Origin: Flavobacteriales bacterium | GTDB taxonomy: Bacteria; Bacteroidota; Bacteroidia; Flavobacteriales_F; PHOS-HE28 | Assembly: GCA_020635695.1 (NCBI GenBank) | Contig: JACJZH010000003.1 | Location: 83,603-147,602 of the forward strand | Length of the DNA: 64,000 bases | Direction of reading: 5' to 3' | Part shown: in pieces, positions 29,374-39,529 of the stretch | How the letters are laid out: every line of letters starts with the position of its first letter | How positions within the stretch are numbered: position 1 is the first letter of the stretch | The notes under the pieces: model-generated | Databases searched by the model: none | Told to the model about the DNA's origin: nothing | What the model saw: the letters and a program-made list of their open reading frames with translations, nothing else | Translations under genes and position numbers: made by a program

Positions 29374-30519
29374 TCAGGCGCTCAATACCTGACGGCTGAT
29401 GACCAGCTTCTGGATCTCGCTGGTACCCTCCCCAATGGTGCACAGCTTGCTGTCCCGGTAGAACTTCTCCACGGGGAAGTCCTTGGTGTAGCCGTAGCCG
29501 CCGAAGATCTGGACGGCCTCGTTGCTGGCCCAGACGCATACCTCGCTGGCGTAGTACTTCGCCATGGCGCTCTCCTTGGTCATCTTCAAGCCACGGTCCT
29601 TCATGTTGCCGGCCTGGTAGGTGAGCAGCTCGGCCGCCTCGATGCGGGTGGCCATGTCGGCCAGCTTGAAGGCGATGGCCTGGAAATCGGCGATGGGCCT
29701 GCCGAACTGCTCCCGCTCCTTGGCGTACTTCACGCTGGCGTCGTAGGCCCCGTGGGCGATGCCCAGGCTCAGGGCGGCGATGCTGATGCGCCCGCCATCG
29801 AGCACCTTCATGGCCTGCTTGAAGCCTTCCCCCACCTGACCCAGCACATTGGCGGCCGGCACCCGGCAGTCCTCGAAGATCACTTCCGCCGTCTCGCTGG
29901 CACGCATGCCCAGCTTGTTCTCCTTCTTTCCTGCCTTGAGACCAGGCGTTCCGCGTTCGATCACGAAGGCCGTCATCCCGTTGCTGTCCAACAGCTCGCC
30001 GGTGCGTACGATCGCCACCACCACATCGCTGCTGATGCCGTGGGTGATCCAGCACTTGGTACCGTTCAGCACCCAGTGGTCGCCGTCCTTCTGGGCCGTG
30101 CATTTCATGCGCATGGCGTCGCTGCCCGTGTTGGGCTCGGTGAGCGCCCAGGCCCCCAGCCATTCACCGGTGGCCAGCTTGGGAAGCCACCGCTTCTTCT
30201 GTTCCTCGTTGCCGAACTGCAGGATGTGGCCTGTGCACAAGCTGTTGTGGGCCGCCACGCTGAGACCCACGCTGCCACAGATGCGGCCCACCTCCAACAC
30301 GGTGGTGATGTACTCCTCATAGCCCAGACCGGCACCACCATACTCCTCCGGCACGAGCACACCGAGCATCCCGGCCGGGCCGAACTGCTGTTTGAAGAGG
30401 TCCACGGGCATGTGCTGGGATTCGTCCCACTCCATGACGTGGGGGCGCAGTTCACGCTCGCAGAGGTCGCGCACGGCCTGCGCGATCATGTTCCGGCTTT
30501 CGGAGGCGGTGAATTCCAT
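29374..30519 (-). CDS. Acyl-CoA dehydrogenase family protein
   Basis: ORF 29374..30576(-). The preferred start is ATG 30517-30519 ([33 protein letters not shown]...). ACAD blocks are present: [64 protein letters not shown]. Confidence 0.9.
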   Translation of the reverse strand: MEFTASESRNMIAQAVRDLCERELRPHVMEWDESQHMPVDLFKQQFGPAGMLGVLVPEEYGGAGLGYEEYITTVLEVGRICGSVGLSVAAHNSLCTGHILQFGNEEQKKRWLPKLATGEWLGAWALTEPNTGSDAMRMKCTAQKDGDHWVLNGTKCWITHGISSDVVVAIVRTGELLDSNGMTAFVIERGTPGLKAGKKENKLGMRASETAEVIFEDCRVPAANVLGQVGEGFKQAMKVLDGGRISIAALSLGIAHGAYDASVKYAKEREQFGRPIADFQAIAFKLADMATRIEAAELLTYQAGNMKDRGLKMTKESAMAKYYASEVCVWASNEAVQIFGGYGYTKDFPVEKFYRDSKLCTIGEGTSEIQKLVISRQVLSA

Positions 30520-30523
30520 GGGA

Positions 30524-31054
30524 TCAGTAAGTGACCAGTCGGGTGATGTCGGCCCCGAAGGGCTCCAGGCGCTCAACGCCGCCCAGGGCCGATAGTTCGA
30601 TGAGGAAGCTGAAACCGGCGACCTTGCCGCCCTGCATGCGCACCAGTTCGGCGGTGGCCGCGGCAGTACCCCCGGTGGCCAGCAGGTCGTCGTGCACCAG
30701 CACGCGCATGCCCGGCTTCACCACGTCCACGTGCATCTCGATCTCGGCGCTGCCGTACTCCAGGTCGTACTTGAAGCTCACGGTCCGGTGGGGCAGCTTG
30801 CCCTTCTTGCGCACGGTGATGAAGGGGATGCCCAATTGCAGCGCGAGTGGCATGCCGTAGAGGAAGCCCCGGCTCTCGATGCCTGCGATGGCATCGATGT
30901 GCTGGTCCTGATGGGCCCTGAGGAAGCCGTCGACCACGGCCCGGTTCAGCTCCGGGTCCTCCATCACCGGCGTGATGTCGCGGAACAGGATGCCCGGCTT
31001 CGGGAAATCCGGCACATCACGGATGGCCAGTCGCAGGCGTTCCTCCAATTCCAT
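30524..31054 (-). CDS. apt: Adenine phosphoribosyltransferase
   Basis: ORF 30524..31054(-), 176 aa. The sequence has ...[20 protein letters not shown]...IAGIESRGF... and the PRPP-binding motif [16 protein letters not shown]. Confidence 0.93.
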   Translation of the reverse strand: MELEERLRLAIRDVPDFPKPGILFRDITPVMEDPELNRAVVDGFLRAHQDQHIDAIAGIESRGFLYGMPLALQLGIPFITVRKKGKLPHRTVSFKYDLEYGSAEIEMHVDVVKPGMRVLVHDDLLATGGTAAATAELVRMQGGKVAGFSFLIELSALGGVERLEPFGADITRLVTY

Positions 31055-31998
31055 CAGGGCACTTGCAGGTAGGGCGCAAGTTTACGGAAGAGCGTGCTGT
31101 CCACCCGGTGGCAGCCCAGCAGGTCCTCCCGCTGGCGGAACGGTCCATGCTGGTCGCGATAGGCCACGATCGTTCGCGCCAGGTCCCAGTTCACGTACAC
31201 GTGGGCGGCCAGCTCCTCCACCGAACAGGTGTTCAGCGGGATGCGCTTCACGTGCAAGGTGTCCACGAACAACAACTCCCGGATACGCGCAATGGCGTCA
31301 GGCTTGTCCCGCAGCACATACACCTCCGCAAGCTGGTCAAGGTCATGGTACCCTCCCAACAGCTCGCGATAACGCACGATACCACGGGCGAAGCTGGGAC
31401 CGATGCCCCGCAGGGCGACAAGTGCGGCACTATCGGCGGTGTTGACATCGACATGCTGTCCGGATGGTGCCATCTCCCTGGGAGAGAACGGGGCATTCGT
31501 TTCCTCGACCTCCGGTCCGGCAGGACGTTCGACCTTCCTGGTCGCTCGGGTGTGCGTGGGCCGTTCGTCGGGCAGCGCGATGTAGGGCTCCCAGGCGGCG
31601 AACAGGTCCGGGTCCACCACCCGCATCCGTGCCAGGTCCGGTTTCGCGCGGAAGCGCCCGCCAGCTGCTTCATAACGGTGGATCGCCTCGGCCTGCTTCT
31701 GCGAGAGGCCCAATGCCATCCAATCCGGGACCGGCAGGTGATTGGGATCGAACACGAACAGGCTGTCCGGCACCAAGCTCCGGCTCCGGTCCGAGCGTTC
31801 CGCCATGCGCGCCGCCTGCAGCGAATCCAGCAGGGCCAGCTCCCGCTCGTATGGACGCAGGTCGACCTGCGGTGTGGGTGCCAGCCATTGCTCCCAGGCC
31901 ACCCAGCAGGCTGCCAGGAACAGGAACGGCAGGAGCAGACGCAGTGCCCGGCGTTCCCCGCTGTGCAGGTCCAGGACGTCCTTCAACCGCTCGTTCAT
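31054..31998 (-). CDS. Helix-hairpin-helix (ComEA-like) domain protein with an N-terminal membrane anchor
   Basis: ORF 31054..32106(-). The preferred start is ATG 31996-31998 (MNERLKDVLDLHSGERRALRLLLPFLFLAACWVAW...). There are two HhH units: DVNTADSAALVALRGIGPSFARGIVRYRE and LNTCSVEELAAHVYVNWDLARTIVAYRDQHGPF. The stop overlaps the apt ATG by 1 nt. Confidence 0.7.
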   Translation of the reverse strand: MNERLKDVLDLHSGERRALRLLLPFLFLAACWVAWEQWLAPTPQVDLRPYERELALLDSLQAARMAERSDRSRSLVPDSLFVFDPNHLPVPDWMALGLSQKQAEAIHRYEAAGGRFRAKPDLARMRVVDPDLFAAWEPYIALPDERPTHTRATRKVERPAGPEVEETNAPFSPREMAPSGQHVDVNTADSAALVALRGIGPSFARGIVRYRELLGGYHDLDQLAEVYVLRDKPDAIARIRELLFVDTLHVKRIPLNTCSVEELAAHVYVNWDLARTIVAYRDQHGPFRQREDLLGCHRVDSTLFRKLAPYLQVP

Positions 31999-32093
31999 GG
32001 TGTTCGCTCCGGCAAATCTGCATCCCCCAGGCGGATTTTCAGCGCTCCTCTCCGGATGAAGAGGAATGATAGCTTTGGCCGGAACCACATGCC

Positions 32094-33686
32094 ATGAGGA
32101 ACCCACGGACGACCACCCTGCTCACCGCCCTGTTGGCCCCCCTGCTGCTCGCCGCCCAGGAGGCCGGACTCGATGAACGGATCGATCAGGCGTTCGGCAG
32201 GGCGACGGGGTGGTTCGTGGACTTCATCTTCTACCAGTTCGACATCGCCGGCGTCCCTGTGTTCTGGGTGCTCTTTCCCCTGATCCTCGGCGCCACGTTC
32301 TTCACGATCTATTTCCGGGTGCCCGGCGTTCGGTTGTTCCGGGTGGCGGTGAACACCGTGCGCGGCAAGTACGAGAAGGTGGGCGAACTGCCGGCCGACC
32401 TGAACATCGTGGAGGGCGACCAGCCGGACACCATCCGGGTGGAGGGAAGTGAGGGCGAGGTGAACCACTTCCAGGCACTGACTGCAGCCCTGAGCGCCAC
32501 GGTCGGGCTCGGGAACATCGCCGGGGTCGCGGTGGCCGTGGTGGTGGGTGGTCCGGGCGCCACGTTCTGGATGATCCTGGCGGGTCTGTTGGGCATGTCC
32601 AGCAAGTTCGTGGAATGCACCCTGGGCGTGTCCTTCCGCGAGGTGGACAAGGACGGCCGCGTGTACGGAGGGCCGATGTACTACTTGAGCAAGGGCCTGG
32701 CCGGGCGGAACCTGGCAGGGCTCGGCAAGGTATTGGCGGCCCTGTTCGCGATCATGTGCATCGGCGGGTCCTTCGGGGGAGGCAACATGTTCCAAAGCAA
32801 CCAGGCCGCGGCCATCTTCCTGAACAGCTTCGGGATCGAGTCCAGCTACGGGGGCACGGTGTTCGGGCTGATCATGGCCGTGCTCGTCGGCATTGTGATC
32901 CTTGGTGGGATCAAGCGGATCGCCACCGTCACCGAGAAGATCGTGCCCTTCATGGCGGTGCTCTATGTCGGTGCCGCGCTGATCATCATCTACATGAACC
33001 TCCAGTACGTGCCGGCGGCGTTCGATGCGATCATCGAGGGTGCGTTCCATCCCACGGCCATCGCGGGTGGGTTCCTGGGGGTGCTGGTCCAGGGCTTCCG
33101 ACGGGCGGCCTTCAGCAACGAGGCCGGCATCGGGTCCGCCGCCATCGCCCACTCGGCGGTGAAGACCCGGCATGCGGCCAGCGAAGGCATCGTGGCGCTG
33201 TTGGAACCGTTCATCGACACGGTGGTCATCTGCACCATCACCGCCCTGGTGATCGTGATCCACAACGTGAACGGGTCGTTCCCCTATGGCGATCTCGCGG
33301 GGAACGCGACCCTGGCCGACGGCACCGTGCTGAGCGGTGTGGACCTCACGGCCCACGTCTTCGACACGGCGATCCCCAACTTCTCCTATGTGCTCACCAT
33401 CGCCGTGGTGTTGTTCGCCTTCAGCAGCATGATCAGCTGGTCGTACTACGGGCTGCAGTCGTGGACCTACCTCTTCGGCCGCAGCGCACGGGTGATGAAC
33501 ACCTACAAGGTGCTGTTCTGCGTGTTCGTGGTGGTGGGGGCTGCAGCCAACCTGGGCAGCGTATTGAACTTCTCGGACGCCATGATCTTCGCGATGATGG
33601 TGCCCAACATGATCGGGTTGTTCATCCTGCTGCCGGTGGTGCGCCGCAAGCTGCGGGAATACCTCGAGGCCATCAAGGCGAAGTAG
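32094..33686 (+). CDS. Alanine/glycine:cation symporter (AGCS) family transporter
   Basis: ORF 32094..33686(+), 530 aa. The AGCS signature is FQALTAALSATVGLGNIAGVAVAVVVGGPGATFWM. Further matches are ...FSNEAGIGSAAIAHSAVKT... and ...ISWSYYG.... Confidence 0.9.
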   Translation: MRNPRTTTLLTALLAPLLLAAQEAGLDERIDQAFGRATGWFVDFIFYQFDIAGVPVFWVLFPLILGATFFTIYFRVPGVRLFRVAVNTVRGKYEKVGELPADLNIVEGDQPDTIRVEGSEGEVNHFQALTAALSATVGLGNIAGVAVAVVVGGPGATFWMILAGLLGMSSKFVECTLGVSFREVDKDGRVYGGPMYYLSKGLAGRNLAGLGKVLAALFAIMCIGGSFGGGNMFQSNQAAAIFLNSFGIESSYGGTVFGLIMAVLVGIVILGGIKRIATVTEKIVPFMAVLYVGAALIIIYMNLQYVPAAFDAIIEGAFHPTAIAGGFLGVLVQGFRRAAFSNEAGIGSAAIAHSAVKTRHAASEGIVALLEPFIDTVVICTITALVIVIHNVNGSFPYGDLAGNATLADGTVLSGVDLTAHVFDTAIPNFSYVLTIAVVLFAFSSMISWSYYGLQSWTYLFGRSARVMNTYKVLFCVFVVVGAAANLGSVLNFSDAMIFAMMVPNMIGLFILLPVVRRKLREYLEAIKAK

Positions 33687-33691
33687 GTCCC

Positions 33692-34600
33692 TCAGACCAG
33701 CTGGTCCCGCAGGATCGCCAGGCCCTCTTCGAAGGTGTGCGGGGCATACCCCAGTTCACGGCGCGCCTTGTCCAGCACGAAACCGGTCCGGGGAGGACGC
33801 CTCGCTGGCTGGCCCAGGGTATCGCTCTTCACCGGGGTCACCATGGTGGTGTCCAGCCCGAAGAAGGCACCTACACGTTCCACCAGCTCCAGGATGCTCA
33901 TGCCGTCCGGTCCACTCAGGTGGAAGGTGCCCGTGGCCCCCTGCCGGGCAATGCGGACGCAGCCGTCGGCCAGGTCCTCGGCCAGGGTGGGCATGCGCCA
34001 CTGGTCATCAACAACGCGGATAGGGTCGCCCTTCTCCAGCGCCTGTTTCGCCCAGAGGACCACGTTGCTCCGGCTCAGACCCGGGGCTGTGCCATAGACG
34101 ATGATGGTGCGCGCGATGGCCCATCGGGGCAGTCCGGACTCCTGCACCAGGCGTTCGCCCTCCAGCTTGCTGCGGCCGTAGACGCTGAGCGGAGCAGGAA
34201 CATCGTCCTCCCGGTACGGGCCTGCCTCACCATCGAAGATGAAGTCGGTGCTCAGGAAGATGAAGTGACTGTCCAACTCCCTGGCGGCATCCACCAGGTG
34301 CCGGGTGGCCTCCACGTTCTGCAGGTGGCAGGCTCCGGGGTCCAGTTCACAGGCGTCCACGTTCGTCATTGCGGCCGTGTGGATGACCACGTCGGGACGC
34401 GCCTCGTCGAACACCGCCTGCACGGCGGCCTTGTCAGTGATGTCCAGGGAGCGGTACCGGTCACCCAGGGGATCGGTGCTGCGGTCCTCCCCTCTGCTCG
34501 TGGCGATAAGATCCGTTCCGTCGTCGTCCCGAAGGGCGGCGATCAGTTTCTGGCCCAGGAGACCATTGCTGCCGGTGATCAGGATGCGTTGCCTGGCCAT
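33692..34600 (-). CDS. SDR-family NAD(P)-dependent oxidoreductase, dTDP-4-dehydrorhamnose reductase (RmlD)-like
   Basis: ORF 33692..34600(-), 302 aa. The Rossmann motif is ILITGSNGLLGQ. Other matches are VIHTAAMTNVDACE and the active-site SVYGRSKLEGE (Y-x-x-x-K). Confidence 0.8.
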   Translation of the reverse strand: MARQRILITGSNGLLGQKLIAALRDDDGTDLIATSRGEDRSTDPLGDRYRSLDITDKAAVQAVFDEARPDVVIHTAAMTNVDACELDPGACHLQNVEATRHLVDAARELDSHFIFLSTDFIFDGEAGPYREDDVPAPLSVYGRSKLEGERLVQESGLPRWAIARTIIVYGTAPGLSRSNVVLWAKQALEKGDPIRVVDDQWRMPTLAEDLADGCVRIARQGATGTFHLSGPDGMSILELVERVGAFFGLDTTMVTPVKSDTLGQPARRPPRTGFVLDKARRELGYAPHTFEEGLAILRDQLV

Positions 34601-34631
34601 GGGCCGGTGAAGCTAAGGGCGGCTGGCCGCT

Positions 34632-34862
34632 TCACAACTCCCAGACCGTCCGCCGCCGGCGGAAGGGATGCTTGATGCGCTCCTTGTGCTTGAGCACGAA
34701 GGCCATGACGAGATAGGGGACAAGGTGGAGCCCGGCGGTCACGAACCCCAGATAGATGAACGACAAGCGCACCTGCTCGGTCTTGACGTTGAGCTTCTGT
34801 GCCCACCAGCTGCAGACCCCGAAAGCCTGATGCTCGAAATGCGTCTTGATGGCGTCGATCAT
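34632..34862 (-). CDS. PspC domain-containing small membrane protein
   Basis: ORF 34632..34862(-), 76 aa. The sequence is ...FGVCSWWAQKLNVKTEQVRLSFIYLGFVTAGLHLVPYLVMAFVL.... Confidence 0.65.
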   Translation of the reverse strand: MIDAIKTHFEHQAFGVCSWWAQKLNVKTEQVRLSFIYLGFVTAGLHLVPYLVMAFVLKHKERIKHPFRRRRTVWEL

Positions 34863-34888
34863 GGGACCTGGTGATGCGTGGAACCCTG

Positions 34889-36313
34889 TCAGAGGCTACG
34901 CCCCAGCAGCTGGTTCCCGATGGAGCAAGATAAGCATCGGCGTGGCGTACAGTACCGAGCGCGCAGTTCGAGGAGTGCCTGGCCCTGCGCCGCGCTCTGT
35001 GCCGCAAGGCCCAGGGACGCCCAGCCTTCCAACACACTGTTCCGTTCGGCGGGCAGCTGCTCGAGCCAGCCGAAGGCCCGCTCGCAAAGCGCCTCCCGCC
35101 CCTGGGACCTGCCCAACGCGAAGGCCGCCGGTACCAAGGCGTTCACGATGAGTCGTTGCGCCGACTGGCTCCCAAGTGGTTTGGGGCTCGGCACAGAAGG
35201 ACGACCGGGCACATGATGGTCCAGCCAATATGCCGAAGGCAATACCTTCAGTTGCTGCTCCAATCGGTCGGTGCCTTCCTCGTTCAGCAGGCGGACCAAT
35301 GAGCCTTCCGAACGGCGCACCAAGGCAGCATATTGGGCCAGCCGCACCGTAGGCAGGTTAAGCGGACGCATGCGGGCGAACTTCCAGGTGGCCTTCGGCA
35401 TGGGTTCCAACCCATGTAACCGGGCCAGATGCGCATGTTCGGCCTGCCACCGCCGGGGTAGCTCCTCCTGGAACGTGTCGCCGAGCAATCCGGCCTGGCC
35501 AAGGAGGAGCGCCTCCAGGCGCAGGTCATCGTCGCGATACCGTGCCAGCAGCCGCCAGGGGATCCGGCGGGCCAGCTGGGCGAAGGCCTCCCCGTTCACC
35601 CCAAGCCCCAGTGCACGCAACAGCAGATGGTGGAGCAATTCATCGGCATCACCCGCGAGCTCCCGGAGATGGATGGCGATATCCAGGCTCCTTCGCTCCA
35701 GACGCTCGACCGCCAGACGCTCCAGCCAGATGGTGTTCCGGTGCCGATCGGTGCGATGAAGTTCCCCCGCGCAGGGCACCCAGGAACGCGCGCTCATGAG
35801 CCTGCGGTAGGCGGCCAGGCGTTCCTCGGGGATCCGCGGCCCCAGTTCCACCGTGGGCAGCAGCCTGCCCGCCGAGGTGCGCACCGGTCGATCCTCTTGA
35901 TGGACCACGTGCAGGACCACGCCATCATAGGCCGGATCATGCTGGTGCCCATGGGCGTACCATTCACCGGCCCGAACATGCACCTCCACCGCACCCGCCC
36001 ATTCCTGGCCCGCTATCCGGATGCGGGCATCGATCAGGTCCGGCCCTCCATGGTGCTGGATGCGTCCCGCACGGAGCACCTCCACCGGCCTGCCATCGGT
36101 GGCGCGCAGGTCCCGGCGATCGAACAGCTGTTGCTCCCAGATGAACTGGAGCAGGTCCTCGGGATACGGGAACGTGGGAGCACGCTGCCCGGACCCGTAG
36201 GTCCCGGCCCTGTCACTGACCAGGAAGGTTCCAGGTACCCTGCTCCGGGCATACTTCAGGGCACCTGTCGAAAGCAGCCCTCCGGGCGGTGGGGCCAAGC
36301 CCCCCGTCAGCAT
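34889..36313 (-). CDS. DUF2851 family protein
   Basis: ORF 34889..36328(-). The core EDLLQFIWEQQLFDRRDLRATDGRPVEVLRAGRIQHHGGPDLIDARIRIAGQEWAGAVEVHVRAGEWYAHGHQHDPAYDGVVLHVVHQEDRPV and the C-terminal ...YCTPRRCLSCSIG match my recollection of DUF2851. The family normally starts right at the EDFL.FIW block. Here there is no in-frame start closer than ATG 36313, so the 5' end is uncertain. Confidence 0.7.
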   Translation of the reverse strand: MLTGGLAPPPGGLLSTGALKYARSRVPGTFLVSDRAGTYGSGQRAPTFPYPEDLLQFIWEQQLFDRRDLRATDGRPVEVLRAGRIQHHGGPDLIDARIRIAGQEWAGAVEVHVRAGEWYAHGHQHDPAYDGVVLHVVHQEDRPVRTSAGRLLPTVELGPRIPEERLAAYRRLMSARSWVPCAGELHRTDRHRNTIWLERLAVERLERRSLDIAIHLRELAGDADELLHHLLLRALGLGVNGEAFAQLARRIPWRLLARYRDDDLRLEALLLGQAGLLGDTFQEELPRRWQAEHAHLARLHGLEPMPKATWKFARMRPLNLPTVRLAQYAALVRRSEGSLVRLLNEEGTDRLEQQLKVLPSAYWLDHHVPGRPSVPSPKPLGSQSAQRLIVNALVPAAFALGRSQGREALCERAFGWLEQLPAERNSVLEGWASLGLAAQSAAQGQALLELRARYCTPRRCLSCSIGNQLLGRSL

Positions 36314-36340
36314 TTCCGTCAACCCCACCCGCAGAAGATA

Positions 36341-37165
36341 TCACACCACGCCCTTCACCCGCATCGCCGCCTCCATGGCCTGCTGCAGCTCCAGGGCTGC
36401 CCGGCGGGCCGCCGGTAACGCATCGCTCCCGGTGCCCGCGTACAGGATCCCCCGGCTGCTGTTGATCAGCAGGCCTCCGTCCTGGTTCATGCCGGCGTCC
36501 AGCACCTGGTCCAGGTCGCCGCCCTGGGCACCCACACCAGGCACCAGCAGGAAGTGATCGGGCACCCGCCTCCGGACCTCCGCGAGCACCTTGGGACGCG
36601 TGGCACCGGCCACGAACATGGTGTCGTCGGCACTCCCCCAGGTGGCCACTTGGTCCACCACCACCTCGAACAGCCGGTCCGGACCACCGTTCACCTCCAG
36701 GAACTGAAAGTCGAGCGCCCCCTCGTTGCTGGTGACGCCCAGCACGATGGCCCACTTTCCCGGCCTTCCCAGGAAGGGCGTCACGGCGTCACGGCCCATG
36801 TAGGGCGCCACGGTCACGGCATCGAAGCCCAGCCGGTCGAAGAAGGCCTCCGCATACTTCCGCGCGGTGTTGCCGATGTCGCCCCGTTTGGCGTCCGCGA
36901 TCAGGAACACGTCCTTCGGCATGGCCTCCAGGGTCCGCTCCAGGCTTTCCCATCCAGCTGCACCGAGCGCCTCGTAGAACGCCAGGTTGAACTTGTAGGC
37001 CACGGTCAGGTCGTGGGTGGCCTCCACGATGGCCCGGTTGTAGGCGCCCACCGGATCGGACTCCCTGCGGAAGGGTTCCGGCACGCGCCCGGGTTCGGTG
37101 TCGAGACCCACGCACAGCAGGCTGCGGGTGGCACGGATGCGGGCGATTAGGGTCTGTCGGTCCAT
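36341..37165 (-). CDS. pyrF: Orotidine 5'-phosphate decarboxylase (long, type 2 form)
   Basis: ORF 36341..37165(-), 274 aa. The sequence has LCVGLDTEP, YKFNLAFYEA and FLIADAKRGDIGNTA. Confidence 0.9.
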   Translation of the reverse strand: MDRQTLIARIRATRSLLCVGLDTEPGRVPEPFRRESDPVGAYNRAIVEATHDLTVAYKFNLAFYEALGAAGWESLERTLEAMPKDVFLIADAKRGDIGNTARKYAEAFFDRLGFDAVTVAPYMGRDAVTPFLGRPGKWAIVLGVTSNEGALDFQFLEVNGGPDRLFEVVVDQVATWGSADDTMFVAGATRPKVLAEVRRRVPDHFLLVPGVGAQGGDLDQVLDAGMNQDGGLLINSSRGILYAGTGSDALPAARRAALELQQAMEAAMRVKGVV

Positions 37166-38247
37166 CAGGAGGCCATGCCGGCCTGGAGCTTTTCGGTGCG
37201 ATCGGCCAATTGCAGGGCGTCGATCAGGGGCTGCAGCCCGCCGTTGAGCACCTCGGGTAGGTTGTGCACGGTGAGCTCGATCCGGTGATCGGTCACTCTG
37301 CTCTGAGGGAAGTTGTAGGTGCGGATCTTGGCGCTGCGATCGCCGGAGGTCACCTGGCTACGCCGCTGTTCGGCCACGGCCCGTTCCTGTTCCAGCACCT
37401 GCTGCTCGTAGAGCTTGGAGCGCAGCATCTGCATGGCCTTGACGCGGTTTCCCAGCTGGCTGCGTTCGGTCTGGCACATCACCACGATGCCCGTGGGCTG
37501 GTGGGTGAGGCGCACCTTGGTCTCCACCTTGTTCACGTTCTGGCCGCCGGCGCCCCCGCTGCGTGCGGTCTCCATCTTCACATCGCTCTCCTTCAGCTGC
37601 ACATCGGCCTCCTCGGCCTCGGGGAGCACGTTCACGGTGGCGGCGCTGGTATGGATGCGGCCACTCGCCTCGGTGGCCGGAACCCGCTGCACCCGGTGCA
37701 CGCCGGCCTCGAACTTCAGGGTGCCGTATGCGCCATCACCTGCCACCCGGAAGATCACTTCCTTGTAGCCTCCGACCGTGCCCTCGCTCACGTCCATCAC
37801 CTCCACCTGCCAGCCGCGTTCCTGGCAGTAACGCTCGTACATGCGGTAAAGGTCACCCGCGAACAGGCTGGCCTCATCGCCGCCGGTGCCGGCCCGCACC
37901 TCCACGATGCAGTCGCGGGCATCATTGGGGTCCTTGGGCACCAGCATCAGGCGGACCTCCTCCTCCATGGCCGCGATGGCCTCCCGGCTTTCGTCCCGCT
38001 CGCTGCGGGCCATCTCCAACAGGCCGGGGTCCTGTTCGCTGCGGAGCATCTCCTCGGCCCCGGCCAGGTCGTCGTGCAGGCGGCGGAAGCGCAGGTAGGC
38101 CTCTTCGATGGGTTCCAGGTCCTTGTACTCGCGGCTGAGCTGACGGAAGCGGGTCTGATCGGCGATCACGGCCGGGTCGGCGAGCAGCTTGCCCACTTCC
38201 GTGCGGCGGTCGTGCACCGTGGCCAGCTTCTTCAGCAGCGGGTCCAT
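37165..38247 (-). CDS. prfA: Peptide chain release factor 1
   Basis: This is the C-terminal 360 codons of ORF 37165..38562(-), from ATG 38245-38247 ([18 protein letters not shown]...). It has the RF1-type PAT tripeptide ([14 protein letters not shown]) and the GGQ motif ([13 protein letters not shown]). The stop overlaps the pyrF ATG by 1 nt. Confidence 0.95.
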   Translation of the reverse strand: MDPLLKKLATVHDRRTEVGKLLADPAVIADQTRFRQLSREYKDLEPIEEAYLRFRRLHDDLAGAEEMLRSEQDPGLLEMARSERDESREAIAAMEEEVRLMLVPKDPNDARDCIVEVRAGTGGDEASLFAGDLYRMYERYCQERGWQVEVMDVSEGTVGGYKEVIFRVAGDGAYGTLKFEAGVHRVQRVPATEASGRIHTSAATVNVLPEAEEADVQLKESDVKMETARSGGAGGQNVNKVETKVRLTHQPTGIVVMCQTERSQLGNRVKAMQMLRSKLYEQQVLEQERAVAEQRRSQVTSGDRSAKIRTYNFPQSRVTDHRIELTVHNLPEVLNGGLQPLIDALQLADRTEKLQAGMAS

Positions 38248-38249
38248 GC

Positions 38250-39422
38250 TCAGGTGTACTGGAAGGTGCCGTTCGGGGTGTGCAGTACCACTTCCTTGTC
38301 CGGAGCCTCTTCGACCCGGCCCACGATGCGGCCCTCCACACCGAAGGAGTCTGCGATGGCCATGACCTCTTCCGCGCGTTCGGCAGGCAGGTAGAACTCC
38401 AGGCGGTGCCCCATGTTGAACACGCGGTACATCTCCTGCCAGTCCGTGCCGCTCATGCGTTGGATGGCCGCGAACAGGGGGGGGGTGGGGAACAGGTCGT
38501 CCTTGACCACGCGCAGCCCCTCGATGAAGTGCAGCACCTTGGCCTGGGCACCACCGCTGCAATGCACCAGTCCGTGCACCTCGTTGCGCATGCGTTCGAG
38601 CACTTCACGCACGATGGGCGCATAGGTCCTCGTGGGCGATAGCACCGCTCGGCCCATGTCCAGTGGGGTTCCTTTCAAGGGATCGGTCAGGCGTGCCTGC
38701 CCGCTGTACACCAGTCCCTGAGGGGTGCCGGGGTCGTAGGTCTCCGGCCAGGCCTCCCCCACCACCGCGGCGAACACATCGTGCCGGGCGCTGGTGAGGC
38801 CGTTGCTGCCGATGCCGCTGTTGTAGGCATCCTCGTACGTGGCCTGCCCGAAGCTCGCCAGCCCCACGACCACGTCGCCGGGACGGATGCGGGCATTGTC
38901 GATCACCTCGTCCCGACGCATGCGGCACACCACGGTGCTGTCCACGATCACGGTGCGCACGAGGTCTCCCACGTCGGCGGTCTCGCCACCGGTGCTGTGG
39001 ATCCCGATGCCCAGATCGCGCATGCGCTGCAGGAAGGCCTCGGTGCCCTCGATGAGGGCGGCCACCACCTCACCGGGCACCAGCCGCTTGTTGCGGCCGA
39101 TGGTGCTACTGACCAGGATCCGGTCCACCGCACCCACACAGAGCAGGTCGTCCAGGTTCATGACCAGGGCGTCCTGGGCGATGCCGTGCCAGACCGAGAG
39201 GTCCCCGGTCTCCTTCCAGTAGGCATAGGCCAGGCTGCTCTTGGTGCCGGCGCCGTCCGCGTGCATCACGATGCAGTGGTCGGGATCGCCGGTGAGGGCG
39301 TCGGGCACCACCTTGCAGAAGGCCTTGGGGAACAGGCCCTTGTCCAGGCCGGCGATGGCCCGGTGGACGTCCTCCTTCGTGGCAGAAACGCCCCGTTGTT
39401 CGTATCGGCTTTGCTGGTCCAT
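38250..39422 (-). CDS. purM: Phosphoribosylformylglycinamidine cyclo-ligase (AIR synthase), long Bacteroidota-type form
   Basis: ORF 38250..39422(-), 390 aa. It is a PurM-fold protein with ...[15 protein letters not shown]..., ...[12 protein letters not shown]... and ...[10 protein letters not shown].... The assignment to purM is by family resemblance. Confidence 0.8.
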   Translation of the reverse strand: MDQQSRYEQRGVSATKEDVHRAIAGLDKGLFPKAFCKVVPDALTGDPDHCIVMHADGAGTKSSLAYAYWKETGDLSVWHGIAQDALVMNLDDLLCVGAVDRILVSSTIGRNKRLVPGEVVAALIEGTEAFLQRMRDLGIGIHSTGGETADVGDLVRTVIVDSTVVCRMRRDEVIDNARIRPGDVVVGLASFGQATYEDAYNSGIGSNGLTSARHDVFAAVVGEAWPETYDPGTPQGLVYSGQARLTDPLKGTPLDMGRAVLSPTRTYAPIVREVLERMRNEVHGLVHCSGGAQAKVLHFIEGLRVVKDDLFPTPPLFAAIQRMSGTDWQEMYRVFNMGHRLEFYLPAERAEEVMAIADSFGVEGRIVGRVEEAPDKEVVLHTPNGTFQYT

Positions 39423-39486
39423 GGAACGGGCTGCAAAGCTACCTCCTGCAGCGGGAAGGGACTTCTGATGAGGACCCGGAAAGCAA

Positions 39487-39512
39487 AGGGCCTCCCCGCA
39501 TGGAGAGGCCCT
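39487..39512 (-). terminator. Rho-independent terminator of the OmpA-family gene
   Basis: agggcctcccc / loop gcat / ggagaggccct forms an 11-bp stem with one mismatch. The minus strand continues tttgctttcc. It lies 18 nt after the stop at 39530. Confidence 0.55.
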
Positions 39513-39529
39513 CGCACGATGTCGGTCCG

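Noticed and set aside
29126-30163. 345-aa ORF that would fuse S21 to a long N-terminal extension
   Set aside because: Only the last 63 codons are S21. The rest is an out-of-frame shadow across the acyl-CoA dehydrogenase gene, whose own frame (29374..30519) has clear family motifs.
31999-32093. Possible glycine riboswitch upstream of the alanine/glycine:cation symporter
   Set aside because: Only ~95 nt are available, and I cannot find the conserved glycine-aptamer core elements or a plausible P1-P3 architecture. The region more likely just holds the divergent promoters.
37165-38562. Long ORF extending 105 codons upstream of the release factor, and a possible programmed frameshift
   Set aside because: The extension is Arg/Gly/Pro/His-rich shadow sequence overlapping the end of purM. 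The protein is RF1 (PAT tripeptide). Programmed +1 frameshifting is a feature of prfB (RF2), not prfA. ATG 38247 gives a normal 360-aa RF1.
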